Shown here piece by piece: positions 9,005-19,416 of a stretch of DNA of 59,008 nt. A program made the position numbers and the translations under genes. Below the pieces are notes generated by a model. It searched no databases, had not been told where the DNA came from, and saw nothing but the letters and a program-made list of their open reading frames with translations. Source of the DNA: a virus (lineage: Duplodnaviria; Caudoviricetes); IMG/VR virus record IMGVR_UViG_3300043777_000092, positions 1-59,008 of that record. One strand, written 5' to 3'. Position 1 is the stretch's first letter, and each line of letters starts with the position of its first letter.

Positions 9005-12000
9005 CGGGAGCTCCCATTGGCAGCGTACCAGCCTGGGGTTGCTGCTGGCCCTGCTCCGGCCCAAGCCTTCTCTCGATAAGCCGCGAAATCATTTCCCCGC
9101 GCGCGAAGTTGTCCACATCTCGGATGGCTTCCTGCACCTCGCTGATTTTGTCCTGATCGTTCAGGGCTTGATAGTCCGGGCTTTTGAACATTTCGTCAAG
9201 CACTCCGCGCAGCACGTTTCCGCGCATCCCGAGGTATTCGTTCTGCTCTTGGCGGCTCATAGGAATCTTGGTGTTCTGGACAGTCAAGAAGCGTCCGGTG
9301 AAGCCTGGATTGCGAAGGCCGAGGTCGTGCAGACGCGCGAGTTCCGAGTCGATGTTACTTTCGGGAACGTCTTCGGGAATCGGCGCTGGCAGGAAAGCCT
9401 CGCCTCCTGTTCCGCCGCGGCGAATACTCGGACGCCCGAGCGCGTCTAGCCTCGGCGGTACGTCGCGACTGAATATCGGCAGGCCCGACTTAATGCGCTC
9501 AGCGAATCCCTGCGGCTCACGAATCTCTGGGTCCAAAGCTTCCGCCCATGTGCGGTCAAAGCCCGAGAACGGAATCATGCCGCTGGCAATCTCGGTGAGG
9601 AACTGCTGGCCGTATCGCTTCGGGTCCGATACCGCTTGGTCGAGGTTCTGGATACCACGGAAAAATGTCTGGTCGGTGATGGCGTTGCCGAGTCCCGCAG
9701 CCACTTCCTGAATCTTGTCAGAATTGGGTTGCTGGCCGCCATCCTTGAACGAATCGTACCATCCACCCACAGCCGCAATCATGAGTGCCACCGGTCCCCA
9801 TCCGGCAGTGTACCGCACCCAATGATTACCGATCTTGAGACTGTACGGCTGTTTCCCAGAACGGAAGAAGGCATCGCGGTCCTGCGCAGACTTCGGCGCA
9901 CCAGCGGTGATGTTCCCGTCGGCAGCCCACGCGGCGATTGCTGCCATGATGAGTGAACCGACAAGGGCCTGTGCCAGCACGTTTGAGGCTTCGGGACCCT
10001 CTCGGACTTCTTTCCGACCGAGGCGCGCCACGCCTGCCGGAGAGTACCGGAAGGCATTCTTGGCAATGTTCCAACCGATCGTAGCGAACGGGACCACAAA
10101 GCGCATGGGCGCAAGGCCCCCGACAAGGGGAACGTCCTCTGGAATCTTGAGGAAGTTCTCGCGGAAACTCAATAGGCTGCGCAGTGTCCTGTCCGGTTGC
10201 TCCACTAGGGACAGCGTTCGCGCTTCATCCCACGCCTGATTGATCATCCCGGGGAGCGGGTCGTTCACGAGTTCCGTTGCGCGTTCCCCAATGGCATCAC
10301 CTTTCAGTCCTTCCTTGATTGCCGTGCGCATCGCTAGGCCTGCGAGCGCAGACTTGAAGTGCATGGTCTTGAACATCGCCGTCGCACCGGCCAGTAAGCG
10401 CGTGGGCCAGTTCATCGCCAAACCGCCGGGCAGCTCGTACCGGAATGGCATGTCCAGTTCGGTCGCATCTTGTAGGTCAAAACCATTCGCCACGATGAAC
10501 GAACCGGCGCGGACGCCTGCCGGGATCGACTTCAGGTAGGCAAGCGTCTGCGCCAGCGCATCTCTCGCAAAGAACTCTCGCGGTCGGCCCTGCATCCTGG
10601 CGATGGCCGGGTCTAGTGCGCCCCTCACGAACCGCTCGGGAACGGCCAACGCAGCCATGGCCGCATCTCCCAAGAGCTTTCGCTGAATAGTCCGCGGAGA
10701 CGATAGAATGTTGTTAACCCAATACGCTACAACCTTTTGCGGCGTGGTGAACTTAGCTGTGTCGCGCAGGAACCGCGCGAGCGCAACCTTGTCGTCCTCG
10801 GGGATCTGTAATAGCTTTTCACGCTGCTTCTCAGTCAGCCCCCGACCGCCAAGCGCGTCGAGCACCCGCTCGTAGTTCCCTTTGTTCTGAGAACGGAACG
10901 CTTCCGAAACCATGCGCTGTATGCGCAGCGCGCGCCCCGACTCCGCCTTGGCTCCCGACACTGCCGCCTGGATGGCAACATACTCGTTTTCAAGGCGTTG
11001 CAACTCCAAAAGATTCTCGGTACTGTTTGCCTCTGCTGCTCGGTGGGCAGCCTCGCGTACCTGCTCCCCCTTGTCGAGCATGATGCCGATAGCCACCTGC
11101 ATCTCAGCCTCATTGAGGGCAGTGCCCTTCTTCAGTTTGGCGAGCTTCTCCGGGTCAAGGCCCACTTCGCCCATGCGTTGTTTCAATTGCGCGTCCGAGA
11201 GGCGCCCACGACGTTGCGCCTGGATGCGCGCGGTGTGGGTCTTCGCCACATTCCTGATCAGGTCCAGTACCTCGTCCGAGGTATTCAGCTTGTCCAAGCG
11301 GATATTGATGGCCTTTTCGCCGGGTTCGGCACCGCGCCGTGGTTCTTCCGGTTCCATGGGCAAGCCCTCTTCCGGCCGGCGCGGGGGCACCCCCGCACCC
11401 CCGCCACCTGCCGAAACGGCTGCGTTCCGCGCCCGCATACGCCTGATTGCCTGCGAGATACGGTTGTAGATGTTCTGCAGGCCGAGAAAGCTCTGTGTGA
11501 GGTCGTCCGGCGACTCCTGCGGTTCGTCTTGGCCGTCGTCCCCATCATCCTGATTCTGGTCGATGGCGTTCTTGAAGCCCAACTCCGTGTTGAGCTTATC
11601 GAGTTCGCCGTGCGCCTTGTCAAGTTCCTTCTGTTTGTCGAATGGCTTCTGAAGTTGCTCTCGGCGGTCCTCGAGTTCCTGGGTCAGCCTCGGAATGCGC
11701 TCGTGAAAGTCTTGCTCGGCGTTGACGATTTTCCGCCCAATCGTTTCAATGCTTTGGATGGTTCCTGCTGGGCTTGCCTCGATGTCGCCTTTCTCGTTCG
11801 GCTCACCCTGGCCCATTTTGAAGTCCCAAGACCGCGCTCCTCGTAGGTAACCGGTTCGTCCGGTTGTTTCCGGCGTCCCAGAGTAAATCTGGAATCCAGC
11901 ATATTCCCCGAGGCGCATCCCCTTATCGTATGTGGACTGCAGTGCGGAGTTTAGTGCGGCACCCGCTTCCTTGCGATCGGAGTACACCTTCTTCCCAACC

Positions 12001-15000
12001 GTCATCTGAAACTTCTCAGGCCGCGCGTCCCAGGTCGTTCGGTCGGCGCGCGTGGCGTCGAGTAGCTTCCTCGTAGTGTCGATGCGCTCCGGCAGTTGGG
12101 CAATCTTCGCGCGGTTGTCGAATTGCTGGTCGCGGTAGGCCGAGTGAACCATTTCCAACCGATGCAGCGTTGATTCAAGTTCGATCTTTCGGAATAGACG
12201 CTGGTCGCCGGAGGCGGCCGCCTTCATCTCGGCATAGTTCATCGAGGTCTTGGACAGGTCGCCGATGTCCCCGATGTCCGTTTCCCCCTTGAGCAAACTC
12301 TTGATGAACTCCGCTTTGCGGGTCAGAACATCCCACAAGTAGACGTCATAGCTGCGCTTCGTGACGTGGTTGCGGACGACCACTTCTTTGTTCTCGTTGC
12401 CCCACCGAATGCCACGACCGATCACCTGCTCCACTTGGTCAGGTCGGTACGGCGGCGCAAGGATGTGGATTGCACCGAGTTTCCGTTGTACGTTCACGCC
12501 CACCCCGAGGGTGTCGCTGTGCCCGATTACCACCGCGATGTCGCCCTTGTTCACCTGGGCGAACAGCTTTTGCTTCTTCGCAGCGGTCTTGTAGTCCTGC
12601 ATGAACGCGATTTCGTTTTTCGGGATGCCGAGGCCCATCAACTTCTTGCGCAGATCCTCGTAGGAATCGAAGCCGCCTTCGCCTTCGCGGAAGTCCATTC
12701 CCACAAGCTGCGTGGTTTTGCGGTCCCGGCTGTCGTGGTAGAGGTTGGCTATATCCTGCGCGGCTTGGTTGAGTTTGCTGTCGGGGTCGTCTTCAGCACT
12801 CGCGTCCACCATGCGCATGTCGAGCGCGGCCTTCCGGCCATCGCCCGTAATGACGAGCATGTTGTCTTCGCCCTTGCCGGGCTTCTTCCCACGAACTAAG
12901 GCTGCGCGAGAAACCAGTGATTCAATGAAGTTCAGGAGTGCGGGACTCGGTTCCGTCTCCCGTGCTTGCATCTTCCCGCCCACCATGCCCGGCCGGGACA
13001 GTTCGATTCCCTTGTCGTCGGCAAACTTCACATCGGCTGTGCGCCGAAACATCTGCGCGAGCTGCGCCAGATTGTCGAACTTCGAGAAGCGTGTAATCAT
13101 GCGCAGCTTTGATGGGTCTTCCGGTGAGCCCTCCGCTTTAGTTTCGGACTGGCCGAACGTGGCTGCCCATGCGTCGAAGTTCTGCATCCCGAGCGACCGC
13201 AAGTTGTCCTCGTCCAAGAACTTCATCATGATCCATGCTTCGGCAATGGTGTTCGTAACAGGAGTTCCGGTCGCAAACACCACCCCGTTGCCGTTGTTGA
13301 TGCGAGTCACGTACTGCGCCTTGATGTAAGAATCTAGCGACCGCTGCGACTTCGTTTGGGGGATGCCCCGGACGCGTCCCATCTTCGTCGGGAATGGCAG
13401 GCTCTTCAGCCGGTGCGCCTCGTCCACGATCAGGCCGTCCACGCCCGTTTCGTTGAACGGAATAACGTCGTCTTTCTTCTCTTGCGCTTGATAACGCTCG
13501 AGCTGCGCCTCAAAGTTGGCGATTTGGGTTTCCACCACTTTGACCGTTTCTCGATCGCCGTTATCCTTAGCTTCCTCATACTTGTCGCGGGCTTCGTCAA
13601 GCATCGCTTGGGTTGTCTCTGTTGCGATTGCTTGGCCGGGCGGCATCTTGCCGAATTGGCTGTCACCGATGATTACCGCATCCCAGTCGCCCGTAACGAT
13701 GCGGTTCAAAAACTCCTTGCGGTTCATCGTGTCGAAGGAATCTTCATCCGCAATGAGATAGTTCGCGCCGGGGTATAGCCGCATCAGGTCACCGGAGTTC
13801 TGCGGGACAAGATGCGTCGGGAATACAATCAGTGGCTTTTTCTTTAGTCCCAGCCGGCGCCATTCCGCAGCAACCGCGCCCATGATGTAGGTCTTGCCAA
13901 GGCCAACTTCATGCGCGAGAAGCGTGTTCGTGGAACCAGATACGGCGCGCCACACCGCATTCTTCTGGTACGGACGAAGCTGAATCTCCGGATTCATCCC
14001 CGGGAATGTCAGGTGTGAGCCGTCCGGCTGCCAATCCACATTGGCGTTCAGCTTCTCATTGAAGATATGGCTTACTTCATCGCCGTGCGGGGAATCCTCA
14101 AACACCCACCGCTTCAGTTCGGCGTGCAGGTCGTTCAGCTTTTGCTCTGCCGCTGCGGTTTCCTTCGGGTTGACGACACGCTTGTTATCCGGCAGCGGAT
14201 CGTAGATGGTCGGAGCCTTGAGGTTTAGCCCTTGCTGCAAAAGCCATTCCGCCGAGGCACGCGCGGTCCCCCATCGGGTTCGATTCAGTACCGGATCAAC
14301 CCCATACGGCACCGTCAAGTCATACGTTGCCCCGATGTCGTCGTGATAGAGCTTCACGTCGCGCACCGATTGCAGCCCAAGAATGTGCCCAACGAAGTCC
14401 TTCATCACATGATCGGGAATCCATGGCGAGCCGAGTTTCATAAAAATCTTGCTCGGGGATACCGTCTCAGGAATTACCGCCTGTAGGGCTTCGACGTTCG
14501 GGCGGAACTTGTCATCTTCCTGGGCGGCAGCCTCGGCCGCCGCAAGTTTCTTCCGCACGTTCCCCGACAAATAGCGGTCTGCCGTCTCCCAGTGTCCAGA
14601 CGGGTCCTCGAACACCAAGCCTTGCGCCTTGAGGTCGGCTTGCAGTTCCGCTGCGGGCTTGCCTGTCAACTCCGCCATCCGATCAAAGTCAAGGCGCCCT
14701 TTCTCCCCGAGGGACACCATCATCGCGTCTTTGGCGTTGTCCGCTGCTGTAACCGTGGGAGTTGGATTGACGACGCGCTGGCGGAAGATGGCAGCCTTGT
14801 TCGCGGTCTTAGTGTCCTTGTCGTAGTCCTCGAGCGAAAGCAGGAGCGGCAGGTCCGGGTCCGCGTGCATCGCCCGTTCATTTTTGGGCGAATGGATGAT
14901 GCCGTTCTTCTGGCGGAACTTGTCGTAGGAGTTGTTCAGCCGTCGGCGCAAGTCCGCGAGTTCCTTGGTCGAGCGGTCCTTCGCTTCGGCTTGCAGGAGT

Positions 15001-18000
15001 TCGCGCGCCACGTCGCGCACGCCGAGCATTTCCTTGAGCGTCTGAATCTGCTTCTTCGGAAAGTCTGGTTCGTGCTGGATCGCATCCCCGATACGCCGAT
15101 AAACCTTGCCATTCTTGACGGTCAGACCATAGGGCTTAACTTCCTTGTAATCGGGGATGGCGTCCGCACTCGCTTCCGTGGTCAATCCGTCGGGCGCTTG
15201 ACGTGGAACGAACGCGCCCTCTGGCAACTTTGCTACGGCTCGCGTAAGGGCCTCTTTCAGATCCTCGTCGGGACGCGCAATCAATGCAGGCTCTCCCGCG
15301 CGCCGCATGGTGCCGGCCAATTCCATGTTCCCGAGCATCATCTCGGGGTGCTTGGCAAAATATTCGTTGATTGGGATTTGATGCCCTTCGCCGCTCGTAA
15401 TCTCCTGCCGATCTTGGAACGGTTCCCCTGCGTACTTCTCGCCGGGTTCACGCTTCCTGAAAAACAGGATGTCGGTCGTAACTTCCGTTCCCGCGTTTCC
15501 CTTGAACGCATTGTTGGGGAGTCGAATCGCGCCGATAAGGTCCGCGCGGTTGGCAAACAGTTCCCGCTGCTTCTTCTCCTGGGAATCGAGCGTGTGCGCG
15601 GAAGTGATGAGCGCAGCCACGCCGCCCGGGCGCAGTTTGTCCAGCGTCTTCAGGATGAAATAGTTGTGGATGGACAGCTTGTGCTTGTTGTAGCCCGGAT
15701 CGTTGACGATGATTTTCCCGAACGGAACGTTACCCACCGCGATGTCGTAGGTGTCGTTTGGAACGCGGAAATCTCCGAAGCTCTGGATGCGCACATCGGC
15801 GGACTGATAGAGCTGCTTCAGAATCCGACCGCTTACGGGGTCAAGTTCAACCGCACTACGGCGAGTCGCATCTGCGAGATCTCCCGGTTCAAGCCCGAGA
15901 AAATGTCCGATTCCAGCCGAAGGCTCCAGCATCGCGCCCTCGCGGAAGCCGAGGTGCCGTAGTGCATCCCAGATCGCGCCAACCACCGGCGCGCTGGTGT
16001 AGTGAGCGTTTACCGTTGAGGCACGAGCACGCTTGTATTCGTCGTCGGACAGGAGTCCTCGGAGTTCTTCATATTCGTCACTCCAATTCTTGCCGCCCTT
16101 GGTGTCGGAATTGAAAAGCTGGTTGGAAGCGATGCCGCCCCAGCCTGTGTATTTTACGAGGGTTTGCTGCTCTTCGGGAGTTGCGAGACGGCCTTCAGAC
16201 TCTAACTGCTTGAGGGTTCGGATGGCAGAGATGTTTGCGCGGTACTTGGTGCGCTCTCCGCCTGATCCGAGGTGGTCGCGTTCCGTGATGCGGTAGTCGT
16301 GTCCGGCTCGGCTTCCGGTGATGTGCTGTGCGGGCTGCCTGGTTCTGGCGGCAGGAACAGATACCTCTCCCTCACCGCCTCCCACGCGCTCTGGTGGTCC
16401 GCTCCGTGATTGTTGATCGCGTCCAGCAAGTCGTTCTGCGTCTGCTCCGCCGCTTCCACCGCTCTCTGGTGCAGTTCCCCGTTCTTCTCCAGTTCCGCGT
16501 GCATCTTCGGGAGGAATTTCTTCCAATGGGCTTTCGCTTGCGCCACCCACGGACTGCTGTTCAATTCGCTCACCGGGTTCGGTTGGCTGCTCATCGGCAG
16601 GTACCTCTTCTTCTGTCGGGAGTGTACCACTCTCGCGCTGAAATGAATCAGAAAGTTTTTTCTGTACTTTCTGTTGAAGTTCATCCCATGGCTTTCCTGC
16701 AATGCTCGATGAGAATCCCAAGCCGATAAGACGAGCTTGACGTTCCGATGCAGGCATTTTGTTCCAGCGGTCAATAGATGGGCTAGTTTCCGAGGTTCTG
16801 AATCCTCTTGATACGAAAGGACTTTCCTCACCAGTTTTAAGCTGCTCTGTTTTTTCGCCCACACTTTTTATCTCCGCAAGTGTCTCATCCTCTTGTGGTT
16901 GCGGTTCCTGCTCAGGACTTATTTCCTCACCAAGTCCAAATTTGGACTCCGGCTCAGTTGGCAGTTCCCCGGGCCGCCCGGGTTGTTCCAATTCCGCCCG
17001 CTTCTCTTCTCGGATGGTCAGCGTGTCCCCGGGACCGTGCTCTGCCATCCCGCGCTCAAGGTTCGAGCGGTCCATGGCAACCGCTTCCTCGTCGGTGAGC
17101 GGGCGCCCGGCCTGCTCTTCGAGGTCTGCCTTCAGTTCGGCAGGGAGCGCAGCCTCTTCCCCGGTTGGCGTTCCCCGGCTCGTGGACGGCGGCTGGCGCA
17201 TGACTTCGCGCTCGGGTTCCATCGGTAATCCTGGTTCTTCTACAGGAGTTACGGGTTCGGCGGGGGCCGTGGACTCCCGTATCTCCTGCGCCGCGTTCTC
17301 GAGCGCCACCGCTGTCTTTTCCTCTGGCGGGGCCTCGGGAGGCGCTACCTTGCGCGCCTTGGACTTCCGGGGCTTCTCTGGCGGGGCTTCTTCCTTTTCT
17401 GGTGCCGCAGGTGCTTCCGGCTCGGGTTCTGGCTCTGGCGAGGCTGCGGACGCTTCCGCGGGCGGTTTCTCGGTCGTCTCGGGCAGCTTGGTGGTCGCTT
17501 CGGCCTGCCGACGAGAAAACTCATCACGGGCCCGCATGAACTGCTTCGTGATGTTCACGCCCTGGGTGATGCCCTCGTAGATGTTACGGACGCCCTCTGC
17601 GGTAAAGACCGCTGTGGGAATCGCCTGCCCAGCAAGAAGGGCCACTTGGTCCCAATTCTCGTGCGCGATGGCTTCGCGCACCTCTGGGTAGGTCTGCGCG
17701 AGTTGCACCGCCATGGGAACGGTGAAGCCCGTGCCGAGGATTACCTTGCCCGCGGCCGAGGTCGCGAACGTCGCAGGCAGGGCTTCCATGCCCCCCGCAA
17801 GGGCCAGATTCTCGGGCGTTGTCAGTTCCCCAACACCCTTGAGCAAGCCGCGTTCGAGGTTCGCCTGCACTCCGGTAGCGTCTGAGGGGATGGCAGCATC
17901 CAACGCGAGGTGCGGGGTCTGGACCATCGGCGCCGCCGTCTTCATAGCGTCCATGATCGTGTCCGGCGTGGGCTTGTTCCGCATCTGCGCGACTTGCTTG

Positions 18001-18446
18001 GCCCCTTCGAGCACGCTTTCCTCGGAGGCTTTGCCGATGCGGCCAAGCGCGCCCATGGCATCCTCGCGGGATTGCTCCTGCTCCTTCTCCGGTTCCCCGA
18101 TTCCCTTGTCCGTCGTTTCCTTGTACCGCTCGGATTCCAACTTCTCCTCCACCGGCAACGGGGGAATCGGCTGCCCGAACTGGCCGCGCACAGCATGGGG
18201 TTGCAACGATGAGGGAGGCAACTCCAGCGGCAATTCGCCCAGCCGACTCGCTTGGTCGGAAAGGGAAGGAAGTGGGGTCTTGAGGACGCGGGCGGCTTCG
18301 GTAAGGTCTTCTTTGGGCGCTGCTGGTGGTTTGCCTAGCTTGGAAATTTCAGACAGAACCGGATCTTCGGGTTCAGCAACGGCAACACCGCCGCCACCCA
18401 ACTTACCAATTTCGTCGAGAACCGGATCGCCATTGCCGTTTGCCAT
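8994..18446 (-). CDS. 3150-aa DarB-like polyvalent ejection protein: N6-adenine methyltransferase + SNF2 helicase + LPD38-like C-terminus
   Basis: LEPSAGIGHF and GNVPFG MTase motifs; AHEVGLGKT, VDEAH, ATGTP, GVNVQ, QVIGRGIR SF2 motifs; ejection-gene position. Confidence 0.88.
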   Translation of the reverse strand: MANGNGDPVLDEIGKLGGGGVAVAEPEDPVLSEISKLGKPPAAPKEDLTEAARVLKTPLPSLSDQASRLGELPLELPPSSLQPHAVRGQFGQPIPPLPVEEKLESERYKETTDKGIGEPEKEQEQSREDAMGALGRIGKASEESVLEGAKQVAQMRNKPTPDTIMDAMKTAAPMVQTPHLALDAAIPSDATGVQANLERGLLKGVGELTTPENLALAGGMEALPATFATSAAGKVILGTGFTVPMAVQLAQTYPEVREAIAHENWDQVALLAGQAIPTAVFTAEGVRNIYEGITQGVNITKQFMRARDEFSRRQAEATTKLPETTEKPPAEASAASPEPEPEPEAPAAPEKEEAPPEKPRKSKARKVAPPEAPPEEKTAVALENAAQEIRESTAPAEPVTPVEEPGLPMEPEREVMRQPPSTSRGTPTGEEAALPAELKADLEEQAGRPLTDEEAVAMDRSNLERGMAEHGPGDTLTIREEKRAELEQPGRPGELPTEPESKFGLGEEISPEQEPQPQEDETLAEIKSVGEKTEQLKTGEESPFVSRGFRTSETSPSIDRWNKMPASERQARLIGLGFSSSIAGKPWDELQQKVQKKLSDSFQRESGTLPTEEEVPADEQPTEPGERIEQQSVGGASESPLEEIPPEDARGTGEERGTAPESGGSGGADAERLAGRDQQSRSGPPERVGGGEGEVSVPAARTRQPAQHITGSRAGHDYRITERDHLGSGGERTKYRANISAIRTLKQLESEGRLATPEEQQTLVKYTGWGGIASNQLFNSDTKGGKNWSDEYEELRGLLSDDEYKRARASTVNAHYTSAPVVGAIWDALRHLGFREGAMLEPSAGIGHFLGLEPGDLADATRRSAVELDPVSGRILKQLYQSADVRIQSFGDFRVPNDTYDIAVGNVPFGKIIVNDPGYNKHKLSIHNYFILKTLDKLRPGGVAALITSAHTLDSQEKKQRELFANRADLIGAIRLPNNAFKGNAGTEVTTDILFFRKREPGEKYAGEPFQDRQEITSGEGHQIPINEYFAKHPEMMLGNMELAGTMRRAGEPALIARPDEDLKEALTRAVAKLPEGAFVPRQAPDGLTTEASADAIPDYKEVKPYGLTVKNGKVYRRIGDAIQHEPDFPKKQIQTLKEMLGVRDVARELLQAEAKDRSTKELADLRRRLNNSYDKFRQKNGIIHSPKNERAMHADPDLPLLLSLEDYDKDTKTANKAAIFRQRVVNPTPTVTAADNAKDAMMVSLGEKGRLDFDRMAELTGKPAAELQADLKAQGLVFEDPSGHWETADRYLSGNVRKKLAAAEAAAQEDDKFRPNVEALQAVIPETVSPSKIFMKLGSPWIPDHVMKDFVGHILGLQSVRDVKLYHDDIGATYDLTVPYGVDPVLNRTRWGTARASAEWLLQQGLNLKAPTIYDPLPDNKRVVNPKETAAAEQKLNDLHAELKRWVFEDSPHGDEVSHIFNEKLNANVDWQPDGSHLTFPGMNPEIQLRPYQKNAVWRAVSGSTNTLLAHEVGLGKTYIMGAVAAEWRRLGLKKKPLIVFPTHLVPQNSGDLMRLYPGANYLIADEDSFDTMNRKEFLNRIVTGDWDAVIIGDSQFGKMPPGQAIATETTQAMLDEARDKYEEAKDNGDRETVKVVETQIANFEAQLERYQAQEKKDDVIPFNETGVDGLIVDEAHRLKSLPFPTKMGRVRGIPQTKSQRSLDSYIKAQYVTRINNGNGVVFATGTPVTNTIAEAWIMMKFLDEDNLRSLGMQNFDAWAATFGQSETKAEGSPEDPSKLRMITRFSKFDNLAQLAQMFRRTADVKFADDKGIELSRPGMVGGKMQARETEPSPALLNFIESLVSRAALVRGKKPGKGEDNMLVITGDGRKAALDMRMVDASAEDDPDSKLNQAAQDIANLYHDSRDRKTTQLVGMDFREGEGGFDSYEDLRKKLMGLGIPKNEIAFMQDYKTAAKKQKLFAQVNKGDIAVVIGHSDTLGVGVNVQRKLGAIHILAPPYRPDQVEQVIGRGIRWGNENKEVVVRNHVTKRSYDVYLWDVLTRKAEFIKSLLKGETDIGDIGDLSKTSMNYAEMKAAASGDQRLFRKIELESTLHRLEMVHSAYRDQQFDNRAKIAQLPERIDTTRKLLDATRADRTTWDARPEKFQMTVGKKVYSDRKEAGAALNSALQSTYDKGMRLGEYAGFQIYSGTPETTGRTGYLRGARSWDFKMGQGEPNEKGDIEASPAGTIQSIETIGRKIVNAEQDFHERIPRLTQELEDRREQLQKPFDKQKELDKAHGELDKLNTELGFKNAIDQNQDDGDDGQDEPQESPDDLTQSFLGLQNIYNRISQAIRRMRARNAAVSAGGGGAGVPPRRPEEGLPMEPEEPRRGAEPGEKAINIRLDKLNTSDEVLDLIRNVAKTHTARIQAQRRGRLSDAQLKQRMGEVGLDPEKLAKLKKGTALNEAEMQVAIGIMLDKGEQVREAAHRAAEANSTENLLELQRLENEYVAIQAAVSGAKAESGRALRIQRMVSEAFRSQNKGNYERVLDALGGRGLTEKQREKLLQIPEDDKVALARFLRDTAKFTTPQKVVAYWVNNILSSPRTIQRKLLGDAAMAALAVPERFVRGALDPAIARMQGRPREFFARDALAQTLAYLKSIPAGVRAGSFIVANGFDLQDATELDMPFRYELPGGLAMNWPTRLLAGATAMFKTMHFKSALAGLAMRTAIKEGLKGDAIGERATELVNDPLPGMINQAWDEARTLSLVEQPDRTLRSLLSFRENFLKIPEDVPLVGGLAPMRFVVPFATIGWNIAKNAFRYSPAGVARLGRKEVREGPEASNVLAQALVGSLIMAAIAAWAADGNITAGAPKSAQDRDAFFRSGKQPYSLKIGNHWVRYTAGWGPVALMIAAVGGWYDSFKDGGQQPNSDKIQEVAAGLGNAITDQTFFRGIQNLDQAVSDPKRYGQQFLTEIASGMIPFSGFDRTWAEALDPEIREPQGFAERIKSGLPIFSRDVPPRLDALGRPSIRRGGTGGEAFLPAPIPEDVPESNIDSELARLHDLGLRNPGFTGRFLTVQNTKIPMSRQEQNEYLGMRGNVLRGVLDEMFKSPDYQALNDQDKISEVQEAIRDVDNFARGEMISRLIERRLGPEQGQQQPQAGTLPMGAPVVQ
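16202..16594 (-). CDS. Nested +1-frame gene inside the giant gene; helical, TnpV-like protein (130 aa)
   Basis: AGAAGAGGT RBS 8 nt before ATG at 16594; sequence AKAHWKKFLPKMHAELEKNGEL...AWEAVRERYLFLPPE looks globular while the main frame is low-complexity here. Confidence 0.7.
   Translation of the reverse strand: MSSQPNPVSELNSSPWVAQAKAHWKKFLPKMHAELEKNGELHQRAVEAAEQTQNDLLDAINNHGADHQSAWEAVRERYLFLPPEPGSPHSTSPEAEPDTTTASRNATTSDQAESAPSTAQTSLPSEPSSS
16933..16948. repeat. 16-bp palindrome copy 3 (within the giant gene, encodes SKFGL)
   Basis: Exact AGTCCAAATTTGGACT. Confidence 0.95.
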
Positions 18447-18447
18447 G

Positions 18448-19416
18448 CTAACCCGCCGGCTGCTGTGCCAGTCTCTTCATCTGATCCGTTGAAAGCCCGG
18501 GTAGTTTGCGCGTGCTCGCCGGTCGCTGCATCTCGCGAATTCGCTGCCGCAGCGCGGACTTCGCGGCGGGGTCGAGGCTCTTCAGCCCTTCAACCGCATC
18601 GAGAGCCTTCTGCGCGTCTCCGCCGAATTGCTTAACGAGTGCGCCCGCGTAGGTTTCGATCTTGCCAGCGTCGGGCTTCGCTTGCGTGGACCGCGGCGAC
18701 TTCGGAGCGAACGTCTTCGGTTCTCCCTTGGCAATAACTTTCCCCGTGCCCGGCTCGATCGCTTCCTGTCCTTGGCCAAGAACCAGTGGCCGTTCGGGTG
18801 CGGATGGCTTCGTTGCCTTGTGCAGCGGCGCAACCTCCGGTTCATTCGGCAGCGGCAGACTCCCGGTTTTCTCCGGTTCCATGTTCGTTACGGGTCGCGC
18901 TTGGGCTGACTCAGGATCAATCGACATGATGCCCGCGTCGGTGTCCTCAATGACAGGCTTCACCTTGCCTTGCTGCCTCACTCCCTCTTCGGCTAATTGC
19001 GTCTGCCGTTCCGCCGTGGCCTCGGCCTGCTTGGACCGCGCCGCTTCGAGGGCATTCCGGTACTGATCGTCGTACATCTGGCGCGCGAGCATTTGCTGGC
19101 GCAGTTGCATTTCCTGTTGCATCATCTGCTGCTGTTGCTGCCTGTATCTCATGCCCTGCTCGGCAGCGAAGCCAGAACCGGGTATTTTCCAATTCCCCCC
19201 AAAGCCGCCAACGCCAGCGCCTTGCACAAGTGGAAGCACGACTTTCAGGAGCTTTCCAAATTTCGTTGGCATCATCGTCGTTGAGGTCGGCGCAGCGGGC
19301 GGTTTGTCGAGCGAACTATCGACGCCCGTGATCGGGCTTTCCGATGGCGGTGCGCCAGCGCCCGTGTAGGTGGCGTTCGGATCGGTCGAGGTCACAGGTT
19401 GTTTCAGCGAGCACAA
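18448..19416 (-). CDS. Probable internal virion/ejection protein (TTG start, MC N-terminus)
   Basis: G-rich hydrophobic segment then Q-rich coiled coil; start inferred from AAGAAGGG before TTG TGC. Confidence 0.6.
   Translation of the reverse strand: MCSLKQPVTSTDPNATYTGAGAPPSESPITGVDSSLDKPPAAPTSTTMMPTKFGKLLKVVLPLVQGAGVGGFGGNWKIPGSGFAAEQGMRYRQQQQQMMQQEMQLRQQMLARQMYDDQYRNALEAARSKQAEATAERQTQLAEEGVRQQGKVKPVIEDTDAGIMSIDPESAQARPVTNMEPEKTGSLPLPNEPEVAPLHKATKPSAPERPLVLGQGQEAIEPGTGKVIAKGEPKTFAPKSPRSTQAKPDAGKIETYAGALVKQFGGDAQKALDAVEGLKSLDPAAKSALRQRIREMQRPASTRKLPGLSTDQMKRLAQQPAG

Noticed and set aside
14592-15962. Long plus-strand ORFs (for example 14592-15962, 30335-31633, 32929-33942, 54908-56029)
   Set aside because: Antisense shadows of GC-rich minus-strand genes; no motifs or RBS
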